DNA of 64,000 nucleotides, taken from the NCBI GenBank assembly GCA_951406725.2, contig OX597820.1:63240001-63304000 (forward strand), written 5' to 3'. This document shows positions 49,498 through 64,000 of the stretch, piece after piece. This DNA comes from Octopus vulgaris. Taxonomy: Eukaryota. How positions within the stretch are numbered: the first letter of the stretch is position 1; every line of letters starts with the position of its first letter. The notes beneath the pieces were generated by a model. It saw only the letters and a list, made by a program, of their open reading frames with translations, was not told where the DNA came from and made no database searches. Position numbers and translations under genes: made by a program.

Positions 49498-50209
49498 ATA
49501 TCTATCTATCTATCTACCTATCTCTCCGCCTGTTTATTGACTTATATGCGAACTTTACCTTATTCAAAATATATTTGTGACATATTTCAACTCTCAAAGG
49601 CAAATTCACTGCAGTTACCTCGGAAAAAATTTTCTCACTTGTTGTAAAATGTGTTAAAAACATGATCTCTCTCCACTGATGCTCCCTATCGGATTCCCAG
49701 TGGCGTTTCTAGCTCATTGGCTATTATCAATGAAAATATACCGAAGAGTGTTAATTCTGTATAGATTTTAAATCCGCAGCTTTAATTAAAACGCAGTTCT
49801 CAACAATGAATCGGTAGCACTATGAGACCGCCTGTTCGGAAGAAATCCAACAGTATCAGCATCAAGCAGTGTTTATGCTATTCTAGTTGTGTTAGTTGAA
49901 ATATGTTTGTAACTCAATTCAACTTCTGAAGGCAAATTCAGTCACTGTGGGGAAAATTCTAAAAATTCTTAAAATATCATATTTTCCTAGTGCTCTCCCT
50001 GTTGGATTTCCAGATGCGTTAGTAGCTCGCTAAAACAGAGCAGATTTTAAAACCGTCGGTTTGGTATTTGAGTAAATCCATTACAAAATTTAGAAGCGAC
50101 TACTATACATTTTGAGAGGCAGGTGCATTTTCAAAACTAAGAACAAATTCTCCTTTACTTTCTTCTGCGTGGGAATACACACACACACACACACACATAC
50201 ACACACGCA

Positions 50210-50257
<48 letters not shown>

Positions 50258-52249
50258 ACATTGTTCGTGCGTGGATGCTTGAATGTGTATATATAAATAT
50301 ATATATTTTATTTATGCGCCTTTTTCAAGTCTAGCCAGGCTCATGGGCCCGGTTTCCCAGTTCTATGGCGTATATGTTCCTCCCACCTGGATGGTCGCCA
50401 GTCCATCGTAGCGTTACTCAAGAAACAGGAAGAAAGAGTGAGAGGAATTTGGGGCGAAAGAGTACAACAGGGGTTACCACCACCCCCTGCCGGATCCTCG
50501 CAGAGCTTTGGGTGTTTTCACTCAATAAACACGCACAACGCATGATCTAGGAATCGAAGCCGCGATCTTTCAACCGCGTGTCCGCTACCTGAACCACTGG
50601 GCCATTGCGCCGCCACATAAATATATATGTGTGTGTTTGTGTATTTATGTGTGTATGTGTCAGGGAGAAAAGGAGATAGAGAGAGTTAGAGAGGTAGTGA
50701 GTGAGAAAGAGGGAGGGAGAGAGGAAAGGAGAATGTGTATGTAAATATCAATTTCTCAAATTTACCTGCTTCCAATCAAGGTACATAAGTTACGGTAGAA
50801 ACCACTTACTAGATAGATTCCTTACTAGTAAGTGGACAACTCACGACTAATTGACAGAAATGTTGTTATAAACTAAAACTGTTTTGACGTTAAGAGTATT
50901 TTAGTCTTGGCTAAACTTTCCAATTTGTCGTAAAACTGAAATGCGATGAGTAAGTGTTTCTATGAGATTTAGGCTTTCCGTAATACTAAAGAGTCTATTA
51001 GGCGAAGATTAGGTGCAGTTTATCTGCTGTGAAATAAACATTTAACTGCCAGTTAATAGTAACAAAATGCAGTGGGGAGGATATTTTTTAAGCAATTCCA
51101 AAATTGCGTTGTATGACCGGTGTTCGAGATGGAGTGCTAGACAAGAGAGGTTACGTTATAAGTTGGAAATTGGTGTAAACAGCAAGACAATGTCCCATTT
51201 CAGAGTTGGTAATATCAACTCCTTACTGGAGAGAACTGACAAATATTTAATAGGCTAAAAAATCTCACGCACTCGTCTAAATCCTAATCGTGATTTTTAA
51301 AAAATACTTTTATGCTGAAAAGTACATACTACCATACAGGGAACTTTCGTTAACGGAAGGACAACATTCAAGCTATCTATCGTTCTACTAAGTTATATAC
51401 ACTCGATAGCCTACAGTTAATCGAGATATTAATACATGTTTAACATCTTTTTAAATCATAGTTAAACAAAGATAGAAGTCGTCTCAGATTACCTATCTCC
51501 CACGAGTTTCCTTTGCCAAATATAACTATTACGAACATGTATTCTTAAATACATTTATGTTTTCACGATTCTCATAAATCTGTAAGATATTTATATCATT
51601 ATTTTAATTTTCTTTAAAGCTCACTACGGACTTAGAGGACGCGTTTCTGACTTTCCACCAACTAGAATAGCATTAAGCGATGCAGCCTCACACTAAAATA
51701 TATTTTTCGAGCTAGAACTACATTGAAATGAAGCTATAAAGTGTAATTATCAGGTTTAATCCAACCAATGCATATTTCAACATTCATTCCTTACCTGCCT
51801 CTTTCAATTGCTAAGCACAGATAACTCAAACCCTCCAAAAATGCTACATTCAAAATAGCAGAAAGGAAACGAGCTTATCATGGCTCTCAAAGGAAAGAAA
51901 TATCTAACCATTCTAGTAGATCCCTCTACCTATCGAATCCGGGCTACAGGACACGTCAAATCAATAGCAAAAGGCTCAGTAGATAGATGGAAGTATAAAT
52001 TTAAACTCGATATTAGAAAGTCGGCAAGCTGGCAAAATAGTTAGAACATCAAGAAAAATGCTTAACGTCATTCCGTCCCACTTTATCCTGAAAGATAAAA
52101 TTCCACCAAGTTCTACTTCGTTTTCCCTTTCAGGATCGATAAAATACTCATCAGTTGACCAGTGGGGTGGATGTAATCGACTTAACGTCTTCCCAAAATT
52201 ACTGGCCTCGTGCCAAAATTTTAAATCAATATTAATTAGCAGTGATATA

Positions 52250-52468
52250 GGCGTAGGAGTGCCTCTGTGGTAAGTAACTTGCTAATCAACCACATAGTTC
52301 CGGGTTCAGTCCCACTGCGTGCCACCTTGGACATGTGTCTTCTACTATAATCTCGGGTCGACCAAAGACTTGTGAGTGGATTTGGTAGACGGAAGCTGAA
52401 AGAAGCTCGTCGTATATATGTATATATGCATATGTGTGTGTTTGTGTGTGTGTGTGAAAGAAGGCCGT

Positions 52469-52514
<46 letters not shown>

Positions 52515-52772
52515 TGTATGTATATATCTATGTATGTATACATGTATGCATGTGTGTGTATACGTTTGTGTGTCTGTGTTTGTTCCCCCAACATCGCTTC
52601 ACAACCGATGCTTTTGTGTTACGTCCCGTAACTAGCGGTACGGCAAAAGAGACCGATAGATTAAGTACTAGGCTTACAAAGAATAAGTCCCGCAGTCGAT
52701 TTGCTCGACTAAAGGCGGTGCTCCAGCAAGGCCACTGTCAAATGACTGAAACAAGTAAAAGACTAAAGAGTA
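52250..52772 (+). mobile_element. SINE family 1, full length
   Basis: Aligns end to end with 11947-12352. Confidence 0.85.
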
Positions 52773-54183
52773 AGAAGACAAGACTTGTTGACATATCTTA
52801 TTAGATAATTTTCAAAAAGAAGTATCAAGAATTTAAACATTGAGAACGCAATTAAACTTTAATGGATATATCAAACACGTATATAGATATTTGTCTCTCA
52901 TTAGGAAATGTGAGTTTCTTTAGCTGTGAATAAAAGCATTTTAGTAGTTTTTGTTAACTGAAGTGGTTTTTGCTAACAGCATCTTAGGAAGTGGTACTCC
53001 GTCGGTTAATACGAAGAGGGTTTCAAATGATCTGATGAACGTAACGGCTTCCTCGTAAAATTAACGTGCAAGTGGTCGTGCATGCCACATACACGTGTAC
53101 CCTTAACGTAGTTCACAGGGAGATTCAGAGCGATATAGAATGTGATAAAGTTGGCCCTTTGAAACACAGGTACTGGTCACTTTTGCCTGCTGAATAGATT
53201 GGAGCAACGTGAAATAAAGTGTCTTGCTCAAGGACAAAAAGCGCCGCTTGGGAATCGAACTCATAACCTGACATTCGTGAGCTGTATACCCCTAACCATT
53301 AAATCACTTGCCTTTACTCTAATAGACATATAATGGCAATAATTCGTTATATTTTTACGCATTGGGGTCGATGTAATAGATTTAAATCCATTGTCTGTCC
53401 TTGTTTGTCCCCTCTATGTTTAGCCCCTGTGTGCAATAAAGAAATAAATAATTCGTTATATTTTAGATGCACATCGTGTGCCTTTACGCTCTTAGTTCAA
53501 ATTCCAACGCGGGCGAATATGCCTTTCTTCCTTCGCGAGGTCGATAAATCAACTACCACTTGCGTACTAGGGTCGATCTAATCGACTAGCCCTCTCCACA
53601 AAGATTTCGGGACTTGTGCCGAGAGTAGAAAAGTATGTTTTTGATGCATTCATTTACTTAGAAGCATATTTCTTCAGCTGGTTCGAGAATGGTGACTGAA
53701 TAACAAATACGAAGATATCTCAAAAGTGAAGCTCAATAACAAAGTATATATAAAATTATAACGTGGGACTAAAATTTATTCATACATTTGCCATACAAAA
53801 ATTTTACTCGTCAATGTTTTCTATGGAAAATAGTCTCATTTTTTAAAACCAAAATTCTGTAATTATTTACGAAATTACTCTAAATAAATACATGAATAAC
53901 TTTTATAAGCAGTGAATTCTTAGCAATATCTACTATAGTGCTTGCAGGCATTGATTATTTTCAGTTTTACTGTCTGGATCTAGAAACATATATTTGAAAA
54001 GTAATGTAACTTACAACGTAGTTTTACGAAGCATATGTCAGTATTTAAATTTTCATCTACTCTTAATTCACTGGCGTGGTTGCCAGTTTTGGAGGTGACA
54101 ACATCCAACGCAACAACTAGATATACGCAGACTCATCAACTATATATGCACACACATATACAATTACACACACACACACACAT

Positions 54184-54254
<71 letters not shown>

Positions 54255-54689
54255 AGGTAGTCAGCAAATCCAAAAGGTAGGGTTTCTAGCATTTTCAAAT
54301 TTATCATTCTCGAAATACGTTGCTAATGGAAATCAGTTTTTATAATTCGAATCCAGAAACGCGTCCATCATTAATCGAAGGCTGTTTGATTTCGTTACTT
54401 TTTTCTTCTTTTAGCCTTTGTGAGTTACAAATATTGTTATCTGGCGGTAATATCTGTAGTGAAAAGGAATTAACTGTCTTTGGCTGCTACTTCTAAATTT
54501 TCGTTATGTAGTGAAGCAAGTTGTTGCTAAACCCTTTATTATATATAATTATTTATAAAAAAAATAAAAAATTGTAGAAGTTACTAACGACAATGGTTCC
54601 TTTTCCATACCGAAACTACTTCGTAAAATTTGTTAATAATTAAATTAATAATTCTTTACCCTATATCTGTAATGAGTATGTATATATAT

Positions 54690-55170
54690 ATTGATAGTAA
54701 TGCTAAGATAACAAAAGAATGAAAGAGACCTCGATTTATGTAAATAGAGGAATTTATCTGTAAATATAAAATGTGATAATTATTTGGTAGCCATGATAAA
54801 ACTCTGAGTTTCGGGTGTCGGGGCGGAAAATCCGCAATGGCATCTCTTCAGATACCAGGCCATCAAAGAATGCTATGAAAATGGCAGTTAAACAAAGGGA
54901 AATTACTATGTGAGTGACCGTTATTAAGACAAAAGTGCTATTAGAATGACCGCTAAATGAGGGGAGAAAGTAAAAGGTAAAGTAGTTAATATGTTCATAG
55001 TAATCGCGTAAGTGCGCATGTCCATACATACACATGTGCGCCGGAACACCCACGTACATGCGCATGTATGCATATGCTCATCCACGCTCACTGGAAACAC
55101 ACGCATGCGCACCCACACATTCGCTAAAAATATAAACATACCTGCACACACGCTCAGACACGCACACACG
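54690..55170 (-). mobile_element. HHR-bearing non-autonomous repeat (family of 3419-3744 and 47710-47965)
   Basis: Shares aagataacaaaagaa-gaaagagacctc..gataaaactctgagtttc with 3430-3540. HHR CTGAAGA..GAAACTCAGAGTT at 54795-54856(-). Its end abuts (TA)n. Confidence 0.7.
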
Positions 55171-55463
55171 CGTACAGTAGACGTGCATATGAATCATTTT
55201 TGTACGCGTGTGAATATTTGTATATATATAATTGTGTGCGCCTCTGTGTGTATGTGTGTGTGTGTGTGTGTGTGTTTCCGTCCCTGTTCTTATGTCCTCG
55301 TAACTTTACATTTCGCCAAAAGATATCGATTGAGTGAGTTCCAAGCTTTAATTAGTACTGGGTTCGAAATGGTCGACCAACATTTTTTTCTAACAGCCGT
55401 TCCAGCATGGCTGTAGCGTAATGATAGAACGAGTAAACAGTAAAAAGATGTATTTTTCTTGTA

Positions 55464-55854
55464 TTCTTTTATTTGTTTCAGTCATTTGACTGCGACCATG
55501 CTGGAGCACCGCCGTTAGTTGAGCAAATCCATCCCCAGAACTTATTCTTTGTAAGCCTACTACTTATTCTATCGAGCTCTTTGCCGAAACGCTAAGTTAC
55601 GGAGACGTAAACACACCAGCATCAGTTGTGAAGCGATGTTTGTGAGACAATCACAGACACACAAACATATAAATAATATATATATATATATAAGATGGGC
55701 TTCTTTCAGTTTCCGTCTACCAAATCCACTCAAAAGGTTTTGGTCGGCCCGAGGCTATAGTAGAAGACACTTGCCCAAGGTGCCACACAGTAGGACTGAA
55801 CTGGGAACCATTTGGCTGGTAAGCAAGCTACGTACCACACAGCCATTCCTGCGC
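55464..55854 (-). mobile_element. SINE family 1, full length, minus strand
   Basis: Reverse-complement match to 11947-12352. Confidence 0.85.
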
Positions 55855-56395
55855 TTGTTTTTGAAGAATCCTGATACTTATTTAAAACACCCTTACATCT
55901 CCTTACATTCATTTACTTCTCTTGGAAATAATTTTGATATATCATCAAACATAAGCTTTAGTAATAAAATTTTTAAACAACCAATGGAATTTTCTTTGTG
56001 TGAAGAATATACGTAGCATTGAATCGGAAGATTTTATTTAGCAGACTATGCAATATTATCTCACAAAAAAGAATATATCAACATATATGGTTGATGTGCG
56101 TAGCTGTTGTTTCCATTCCACCATGTAATTGAAATAATTTTTTAACTATTCATGTCGTGTGGTATTACGTCTCATCTCTGTATAGAACCAGGATGGCAGA
56201 AACTCACATGCAAGAATAAGTGACTGAATTGTATATGAAAACATTCAGAGACACCCCTCTACATATTCCTGTCTAATTCGGTCGATTAATTATACGGGAA
56301 GATTTTTATGTCACTTACTAGAAAACTAAAGAATATTTTTAGATAAATAGGAAACAAGTGCGCTAATGCACTGATCCTGTACACACACATAAATT

Positions 56396-56441
<46 letters not shown>

Positions 56442-56681
56442 AACAGCACTAATGTATGTTTGAATTTAGCAGGAAAAAGCTTGATTGTAAAGACGCCAAT
56501 GTAATTTTGAAGGAAATTAAAGTGGATATGTTGAAATTTTCCTTCCACAATCTGAGAAGCTTAATTTTTAGGTTTCAAACATTAATAATATGCATACATG
56601 TACATATAAATATGCAAATATGCATGCATATTTATATATGCACACACACACAGACACACACAAACACACACACAATATATA

Positions 56682-58563
56682 TTTCCTTGACCTTCGACCC
56701 AACCCCCACACCCATTGGTCTGGCCGAACTTGTCCTCTCACTCAACTACTTCTCATTCGCAGGTGATTTTTACCCGGAAGTCTCGGGAGTGGCCATGGTA
56801 ACGAGAATGGGCCCCCAACTATTCGAACCTGTTCGTTGGCTACGTTGAGGCCCAAATATTCTCAAGTTTCAGTGGTTCCACTCCCGAACTATACGACCGT
56901 TATATTGACGACTTAATTGGTGCGACCTCACTCTCCCTCCAACATCTAGACTCCTTTTTCTCTTTTGTCAAATCTTTCTATCCTGCCCTCCACTTCTCCT
57001 GTACTATCTCTGACACCTCTGTCTCCTTTCTTGACATATCGTTCAGCATTTATCACTCCATTCTCACCAGCTCCATACACTACAAACACACAGACTCACA
57101 CTCATACCCCACCTTCTCCTCCTCCCACCCTAAACACACCAAGCTTTCGATCCCCTATTCCCAATTTCTCCGTCTACGCAGACTCTGTAGTGACGACCAT
57201 GACTTTGTGACTCAGACTGAACTTATGGCTTGCTACTTCATCCTACGTGGATACTCCTCACCACTATCCACACTCCCTTGCTAGAGTACGTTCCGTGGTT
57301 CGTGCATCTGCTCTCTCACCCCGCCCCCGCCCCGCCATCACCCATCACCCGTTTCCCCTCACCTACCACCCCACGACCCTACCTCACCAACGCACTATTC
57401 TCCGAGCTTTCCAGCGACTCCAGTCTTATCCCTCCACTTCACACATCTTCCCTAACCGAGCCCTCCCCTCCTTCAAACGAGCTCACGACCTACGTGACCT
57501 CTTGCACGTTCCCCTGCTGCCGCCCACGCTGCCGCCCACATTGCCGCCCACGCTGCCGCCCACGCTGCCGCCCACGCTGCCGCCCACGCTGCCGCCCACG
57601 CTGCCGCCCACGCTGCCGCCCACGCTGCCGCCCACGCTGCCGCCCACGCTGCCGCACTTACCTCTGCAAAACCACTCTACTCACCGGCACTCATCATCGA
57701 TCCTATCACATCACCGACTCCTTCACCTGCACTTCTATCAATATCATCTACTGCATCTTCTGCACTCTCTGCCTTTCTCTATACATCGGGCAAACGGGAC
57801 GCCGCTTCGATGCCCGGTTCGCGAAACACCCGAGACATCCGACGCGGCTATGACATCCTCTCCTCTCTTGTTCCGACTCCTACTTCTCTTCACTCCCACT
57901 CTCCTCCTCGCTTCTCTTCACTCCTACCCACCTTCTCCATTTCCTCTTCATCGTCACCCATCACTCGTAAACCTTACACAGTCAACCCCATCTTCCCTAT
58001 CCACCCACCACATCCCTAATGTCCACTCCCACATATCCCACCTCTAGCCCCCAACCTTGCTTTCCCACTCTCGCCTCTCCCAACCCCCAACACCACCATA
58101 CCACAGCACACCAAACACCACTACACCATACACCATCATACTGCACAATACTACATGACATCAAATCACATCATTACGCAAAGACTAGCACTTACCACTT
58201 CGCAAACCCACATCCGAACACGTACACATACACACACGCACGCGTCAAGGTCACTAGCCCTCTTCTACACGCACATAATGTTCTCTTATACACACACACG
58301 GGTACCTTCATTTTGGGCTCACCACTACTTTATTATCTCCCCTTTCTCCTAGCTCTCCTACTCGGTATTCACCATGATAGATCGCTAGCCACTATACATT
58401 CTTTATTTTCTCTGCTTGTTCCTTTCTGCGTTCATTTCTGTGGACGTGCATAGGCTCGAAAGGTTGAAGACATTTTCACTTCCCCAACATTAAACTAATG
58501 CATATGTTTGTTGTCTCCAGCACCTGTTTTCGTCTTTTTGTTTTTTGTGAATTCTCCCTATAT
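56682..58563 (+). mobile_element. Decayed Penelope-like element (Poseidon/Neptune-like RT + GIY-YIG) with 3' pLTR
   Basis: Frameshifted motifs LAELVLSLNYFSF, GVAM.TRMGP, RYIDD, FLDI, HYKHTDSHSY, CCRPRC, IIYCIFCTLC..LYIGQTGR. The 3' region has an HHR motif at 58433-58470 and ends GAATTCTCCC-(TA)n. Confidence 0.85.
57516..57655 (+). repeat. 12-bp tandem repeat (GCTGCCGCCCAC) x ~11.7 inside the PLE zinc knuckle
   Basis: Directly visible; translates to (CRPR)n in the frame of the GIY-YIG region. Confidence 0.95.
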
Positions 58564-58635
58564 ACACAGACACATACACACACAAACACACAAACACACA
58601 CACATACATATATATTTATATATACATATATACAC

Positions 58636-58700
<65 letters not shown>

Positions 58701-58934
58701 TATACTTGTACTCTTATACACGTACGTTGCAGCCATTTGACTGGCCATGATGTAACACCGCCTTTAGTCGAACAAATCTTCCCCAGGACTCATTCTTTGT
58801 AGGGCTTGTACTTATTCTATCGGTATCTTTTATCTAAACGCTAAGTTTCGGGGGCATAAGCATGTCAAAATAGGTTGTCAAGCAATGGTAAGGGGACAAA
58901 CACAGACACAAAGGCACACATTCATAAACAAATA

Positions 58935-58969
<35 letters not shown>

Positions 58970-59393
58970 ATATAGTAAAAGACACCTGCCCAAATTGCCA
59001 CGCAGTGGAATGAAACCAGAATCATGTGGTTGGGAAGAAGTCTTCTTACGACACACACAGTCGTATATACACATATGTATACATACATATATTTATGCAC
59101 ACACGCACAAACTGACACTTGTCTGTACATTTGTGTGTGTATGTCTGCCATTCACACAGTTTTCGTCTAGCAAATTCTCTAACATTGGATTAGTCATCCA
59201 CTTGGCGGTATAGTAGAAGACGATTAGTGAAGATGGCATAGCTGCAATGTGAGCTCCTTATCTACGCCTTCATGCTCCTTAACTACGTACCCGTTCTCGC
59301 TCACACTCTCTCTGTCTCCTAACTCTCAGTAAGCTCTCTCATCCAGAGTCAACTCTAGGCGGCAGCAACAATAGTCCTCAGTAAATATACCCA

Positions 59394-59459
<66 letters not shown>

Positions 59460-60751
59460 TGTATGCATGTATATATGTGTGTGTGTTATAGAGAGTGAGG
59501 GAGAGAGAGAGAAAGAGAAAGAGAGAGTGTGAGAGTGAGAAAAATAGACTGGTAGTTAGGTAGACACTTGTGTGTCTAAGTGTGTGTATGTATATATATA
59601 TATATATAAATGTGTCTGTACACATTGATAAAGAGCAGGATATATAGATATATAGTACACGAATATGTGTTTGCGTGTGTGTTTGTGTGTTCCCAAGATA
59701 TGAAATCTCATATAAAAGAAGGTGAAATGCTGAGAGAATCAGTGGGACGAAGGAAATTAGATTCTGTTTGAATGTGAGCGAGAAAAAGAAGAAGGGGCGA
59801 AAGGCGGAATGTTTGCGTGATAGAGTTTGATTATTTGTATGTACAGGAATTCTGAGAATACTTTATACACAAGATGAAAATTTTATTGAAGTTTACAAAA
59901 GCTAATATGATAATGACATGGGCGTTTGTGAGTTATAATGTGTTATTATTTGTAATTACACGTTATTTCTATTTATTTTACGAAGAAAACATATAAAATA
60001 ATTATAATAAGATCACAAGCAACGCCTGAATTTCTGAATTCCTATTATTTATGTGTAGTATAGTTTAATGGTATTTGCTCTATTATATATTTAAACAGAA
60101 CAGAAAAGCACATGACTAGCATTAACTATAGGTATATTTAGAAGTTAAACTAATTTGCATGTCAAAAAGTTACGAGGAAAGTCTTTTGACAAGGCTCTAT
60201 ACAGCTCATGTTTGACATGAACTTTGAAATTGTTCAATACGAATATTCTATAAAGCCTATTTCAGTATTCTTCTCTTGAGAACCACCAAAATAAAAAAGA
60301 AAAAAATAACAAAATAAGAAACAGCCTAAGTTTACTTAGCACGTACAATGTTGTATACATAATGAAGTTATTTATTTATTCTTACATTTCAATTGAAGCT
60401 GGATCAAATATTCTACAACTGTTGAAATATAATGCAATAAAATGTAATACAATATAATGTTGACAGATTGATATAAAATGTACGACAGTTGTATAACGAA
60501 TCCAAGAAATATATATATATATATATATATAATGAGAGAGAGGGAGAGAGATATGTGCTTGTGAGTGTAAATATATGTAATATGAAAATAGTAATGTTCA
60601 TTATAGCGGGGTGCATGCATCATATATTTCTGAATCAAATGGTAGACCCTCTTTCTGCTAAATATAGTAGCAACATCCTTCCTCAAATAACATATTTCTG
60701 CCACAAACAAGGATATTCAAATTGAAAAACGCAGTATGATATATGTAAATA

Positions 60752-60809
<58 letters not shown>

Positions 60810-61874
60810 GGTGATATATATATATAAATCTTGATTATGGTAACGTTTTGAATATGCAAATGGAGCTCCTATTCCATTATGCCGGTTTATACACATGCAT
60901 ACATACATACATAATGCATACATACATACATACATACATACATACATACATACATGCATTTGTTAATATATATATGTATGTACGTATGCATGTACATAAA
61001 TCTGGATTAGCCGTTTTTCAGAATGTACAAGATATGTGTAAAAGATTAAACTCCTATGTGATTAACGCATTATTACTAATTACATTTCGCAAATAAAACT
61101 CCACGAAACACATTTCCATATTCATTAGAAATATATCTGAAACGCGGAATGTAATGAGCCTGATATAATGTACAATGCCGCTATGCATTCTATTCCCTAT
61201 CCAGAGTGCTAAGAAATCTGCCAGCTCGCTCACAATAATAACAGCAATATTCATTCTGTCAAAAGCTGCCCAGCTGGCATAATCATTAACACTTCGAACG
61301 AAATACCACTGAGTTTTTATTAGCGGCATTTTGTCCACCTATTAAGTTCTAATTTCATATGCCATCGAGATCAATTTTGCCCTGCATCCCTTCGAGGTCG
61401 ATTAAATAATGGTCATTGTCATCAGCGTGCTCCCTCCTCCAAACTTAACAGAATGAAAGCTGACTTCGAATTTTGGCACAATGCCAGTTGTTTGAGAGGG
61501 AAAGGTCTATTTGATAGCATCGACTTTAATATTTCACTGGGATTTTATCGATCCCGAAAGTATGGAAGGCTATGTTGACGTCGATAAACAAAGAACTGAG
61601 AACGTAAAAAAGCTGGAAGAAAAGTCACTAAGCCATTTCTCCAATGCCTTAAATAATAATAATCCTTTCTACCAAAAGCAAAAGGCCTGACATTTTAAGG
61701 GAAGGGACAAGTCGATTACATCGACCCCAGTGTTTCACTGGTACTTAATTTCTGGACCCAAACAGATGAAATCTAAAGTCGATCACGACTAAATTTGATC
61801 CAAAGTCATGCTGACGGACAAAATGCACCTAAGCATTTTACCTGGCGTGCTAACGAGTCTGACAATTAGCCGCC

Positions 61875-61936
<62 letters not shown>

Positions 61937-61939
61937 TTC

Positions 61940-62552
61940 ACTTATTTGCTACAAGGGTGAAGGATGAGGGCTTCAATAGAAAGACAGATATAAAGTGTGG
62001 GGGTTAAACATATAATGAAATGATAAAAATGTATGTATACACGGTATACACTGAAAAGGAAGGGACATATGCAGAGCATATAAAGGTTTAAAAAAATAGC
62101 GGAGAGGACGATAGAGATGTGGCCCTTCGTAGACAGGAAGGCCTTCAGGAATAATCGAGGAACACCGCTGTGCGAGATTTCCCTCAAAACCGAAGAACAA
62201 GTGTCTTCTCCAATTCGTTCTCTCCGAGTTACAGGTCTACACTCCGAGGTAACATCCAATCTTGCCATTTTCACAACTTTCACCCATCTTTCAATACACT
62301 CACTCGAAGACATCGCTTCTCACTCAACTCTCAATTTCCTTTTCGAATGAAACTTGAAAAAATCAATGGGAGCTTTACGAAAGCGGAACGTATCTGCCCT
62401 CCACCAAACAACCTCTTTTGCCACAGCCACCAGGTAAAGGAAAACCGCTCTGCCTGACCAACTGAAGGAAGGCGACGTGGCGATCATTAGTACAGACTCG
62501 GCCAACTGACGGATCCGTCCCACACGTGACAGCAGCTGATCGACATAAACCC
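61940..62552 (-). mobile_element. 3' end of Tx1/L1-clade LINE
   Basis: VYVDQLLSRVGRI..LVAVAKEVVWW..FFKFH.KRKLRVE..ERWVKV resembles a Tx1/L1 ORF2 C-terminus; abuts (TAA)n. Confidence 0.6.
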
Positions 62553-63749
62553 GGTCATTGAATAATAGCCCCCAACTTTGGAACAAGGCTAGTAATTTAA
62601 TTTCATGGAGTGAATCGGTTACTTGCATCCGTGTGCTCAACTGGTACTTATTTTATCGAACCTGGATGAATAAAAAGCAAAGTCAACCTCTGCAGAATTT
62701 GAACACAGAAGTTAAGACCGGATGAAATGCCGTTAAACATTTTGCCCGGCAAAGTAAATACTCTGCCACCTCGCACCCTTCGAAAATAACACTAATATCA
62801 GTATATTGCTTCATAGGGAATACGCTATGTGATAGACCGCATATCTTTTCGAGTCAGATATATGTTTTTCATTTGTTTCATGTGATGAGACTAGAGGGAA
62901 CATTGGTTCTTGCTAGAACGTTGAGTCATACTAAGTGATGTTTTTGCGCAACATTTGTTACGATAAAATGACGTATACATGTATAAAGTCTACATACATA
63001 ATAAATACTAGAAAAAATTGGTTGCGCAGAACATTACTCTTAATCAAAAAATTCGCAACATAAATATGTAAAGCGTGTTAATAAATCATCTCTTCCCTCA
63101 TGGGCACATCTTTACAGCTGACTAATTGCACATGGATATTTGTCTATATATTTATTTATTCATAAAATACGCTGTATTGGTTGGGTAGTAATTTTTCTTG
63201 TACCAACAGCATTATACAATTGTGTAAATGAGATGTATCAGAGAGTAATTTGTTTACATTTTAGTAAATAGTTTTCTGCTGATATCAACGGCTGTTTTGA
63301 AGAGATGAGCATTTGTGGTTGAAGATGTAACTCTTATAGACACTATAGGCGTAGGAGTGGCTGTATGGTAAATAGCTTGCTTCAAAACAACATGGTTCCG
63401 GGTTCAGTCACACTGCGTGGCACCTTGGGAAACTGTCTTCTACTATAGCTTCGAGTCGATCAATGCCATGTGACTGGATTTGGTAGATGGAAGCCGAAAT
63501 CTTTTTATTTATTCATTATTATTAACGCTTTCGTTCGTTTCTCGAACTCTGTCAAATAGAATTTTGTGAATGTACAAACACCTTGTTCATTTATATAAAA
63601 CAGATGTTTTAGGGGGGTGTTTAGAAGAGGAGTACATTGTTTTTGATTGTCTTTTTTGGGGGGTGTTGAGGTTCCATGACAATGGAGATAGATAGATAGA
63701 AAGATAGGTAGATCAATAGATAGATTGTCAGACAGACAGACAGACAGAC

Positions 63750-63843
<94 letters not shown>

Positions 63844-64000
63844 TATTCATTTCGTCATTTACTATTTTATTGAAATGTGTTTAAGGATGGTGACCTCTTC
63901 AAGAAAAAACACAAGAAACAGGTGTGGTGTGGTTATCACTGTAAGTCTTTTTGCTTTATTTCACACTTTTCTCCATCCTTTTTCCATTTTTTTCTCCTCT

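Noticed and set aside
57516-57655. CRISPR-like array
   Set aside because: Contiguous 12-bp units with no spacers, in a eukaryotic context.

Overview
AT-rich, microsatellite-dense eukaryotic DNA. The SINE families and (TA)n/(CA)n/(TATC)n density strongly suggest an octopus (coleoid cephalopod) genome; this is inferred from the repeats, not from a marker gene. I found no convincing host protein-coding exon, and almost all ORFs in the track are microsatellite or antisense artefacts. The main feature is a young Penelope-like retroelement (PLE, 22977-29033) with an open RT + GIY-YIG ORF, probably of the Naiad type. It is bounded by 1622-bp near-perfect inverted repeats, each carrying a minimal hammerhead ribozyme (HHR) motif that points outward. 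The window also holds at least three other HHR-bearing repeat families. Two of them occur as tiny fold-back units (3419-3744 and 3965-4120) with the same 3'-ends-outward geometry. Other features: an intact tRNA-Ser(AGA), a complete non-autonomous Helitron, a decayed second PLE, 3' fragments of CR1-, Tx1/L1- and R4/Dong-like LINEs, many tRNA-derived SINEs, and two near-perfect ~100-160 bp hairpins. Coordinates and identities were read by eye.
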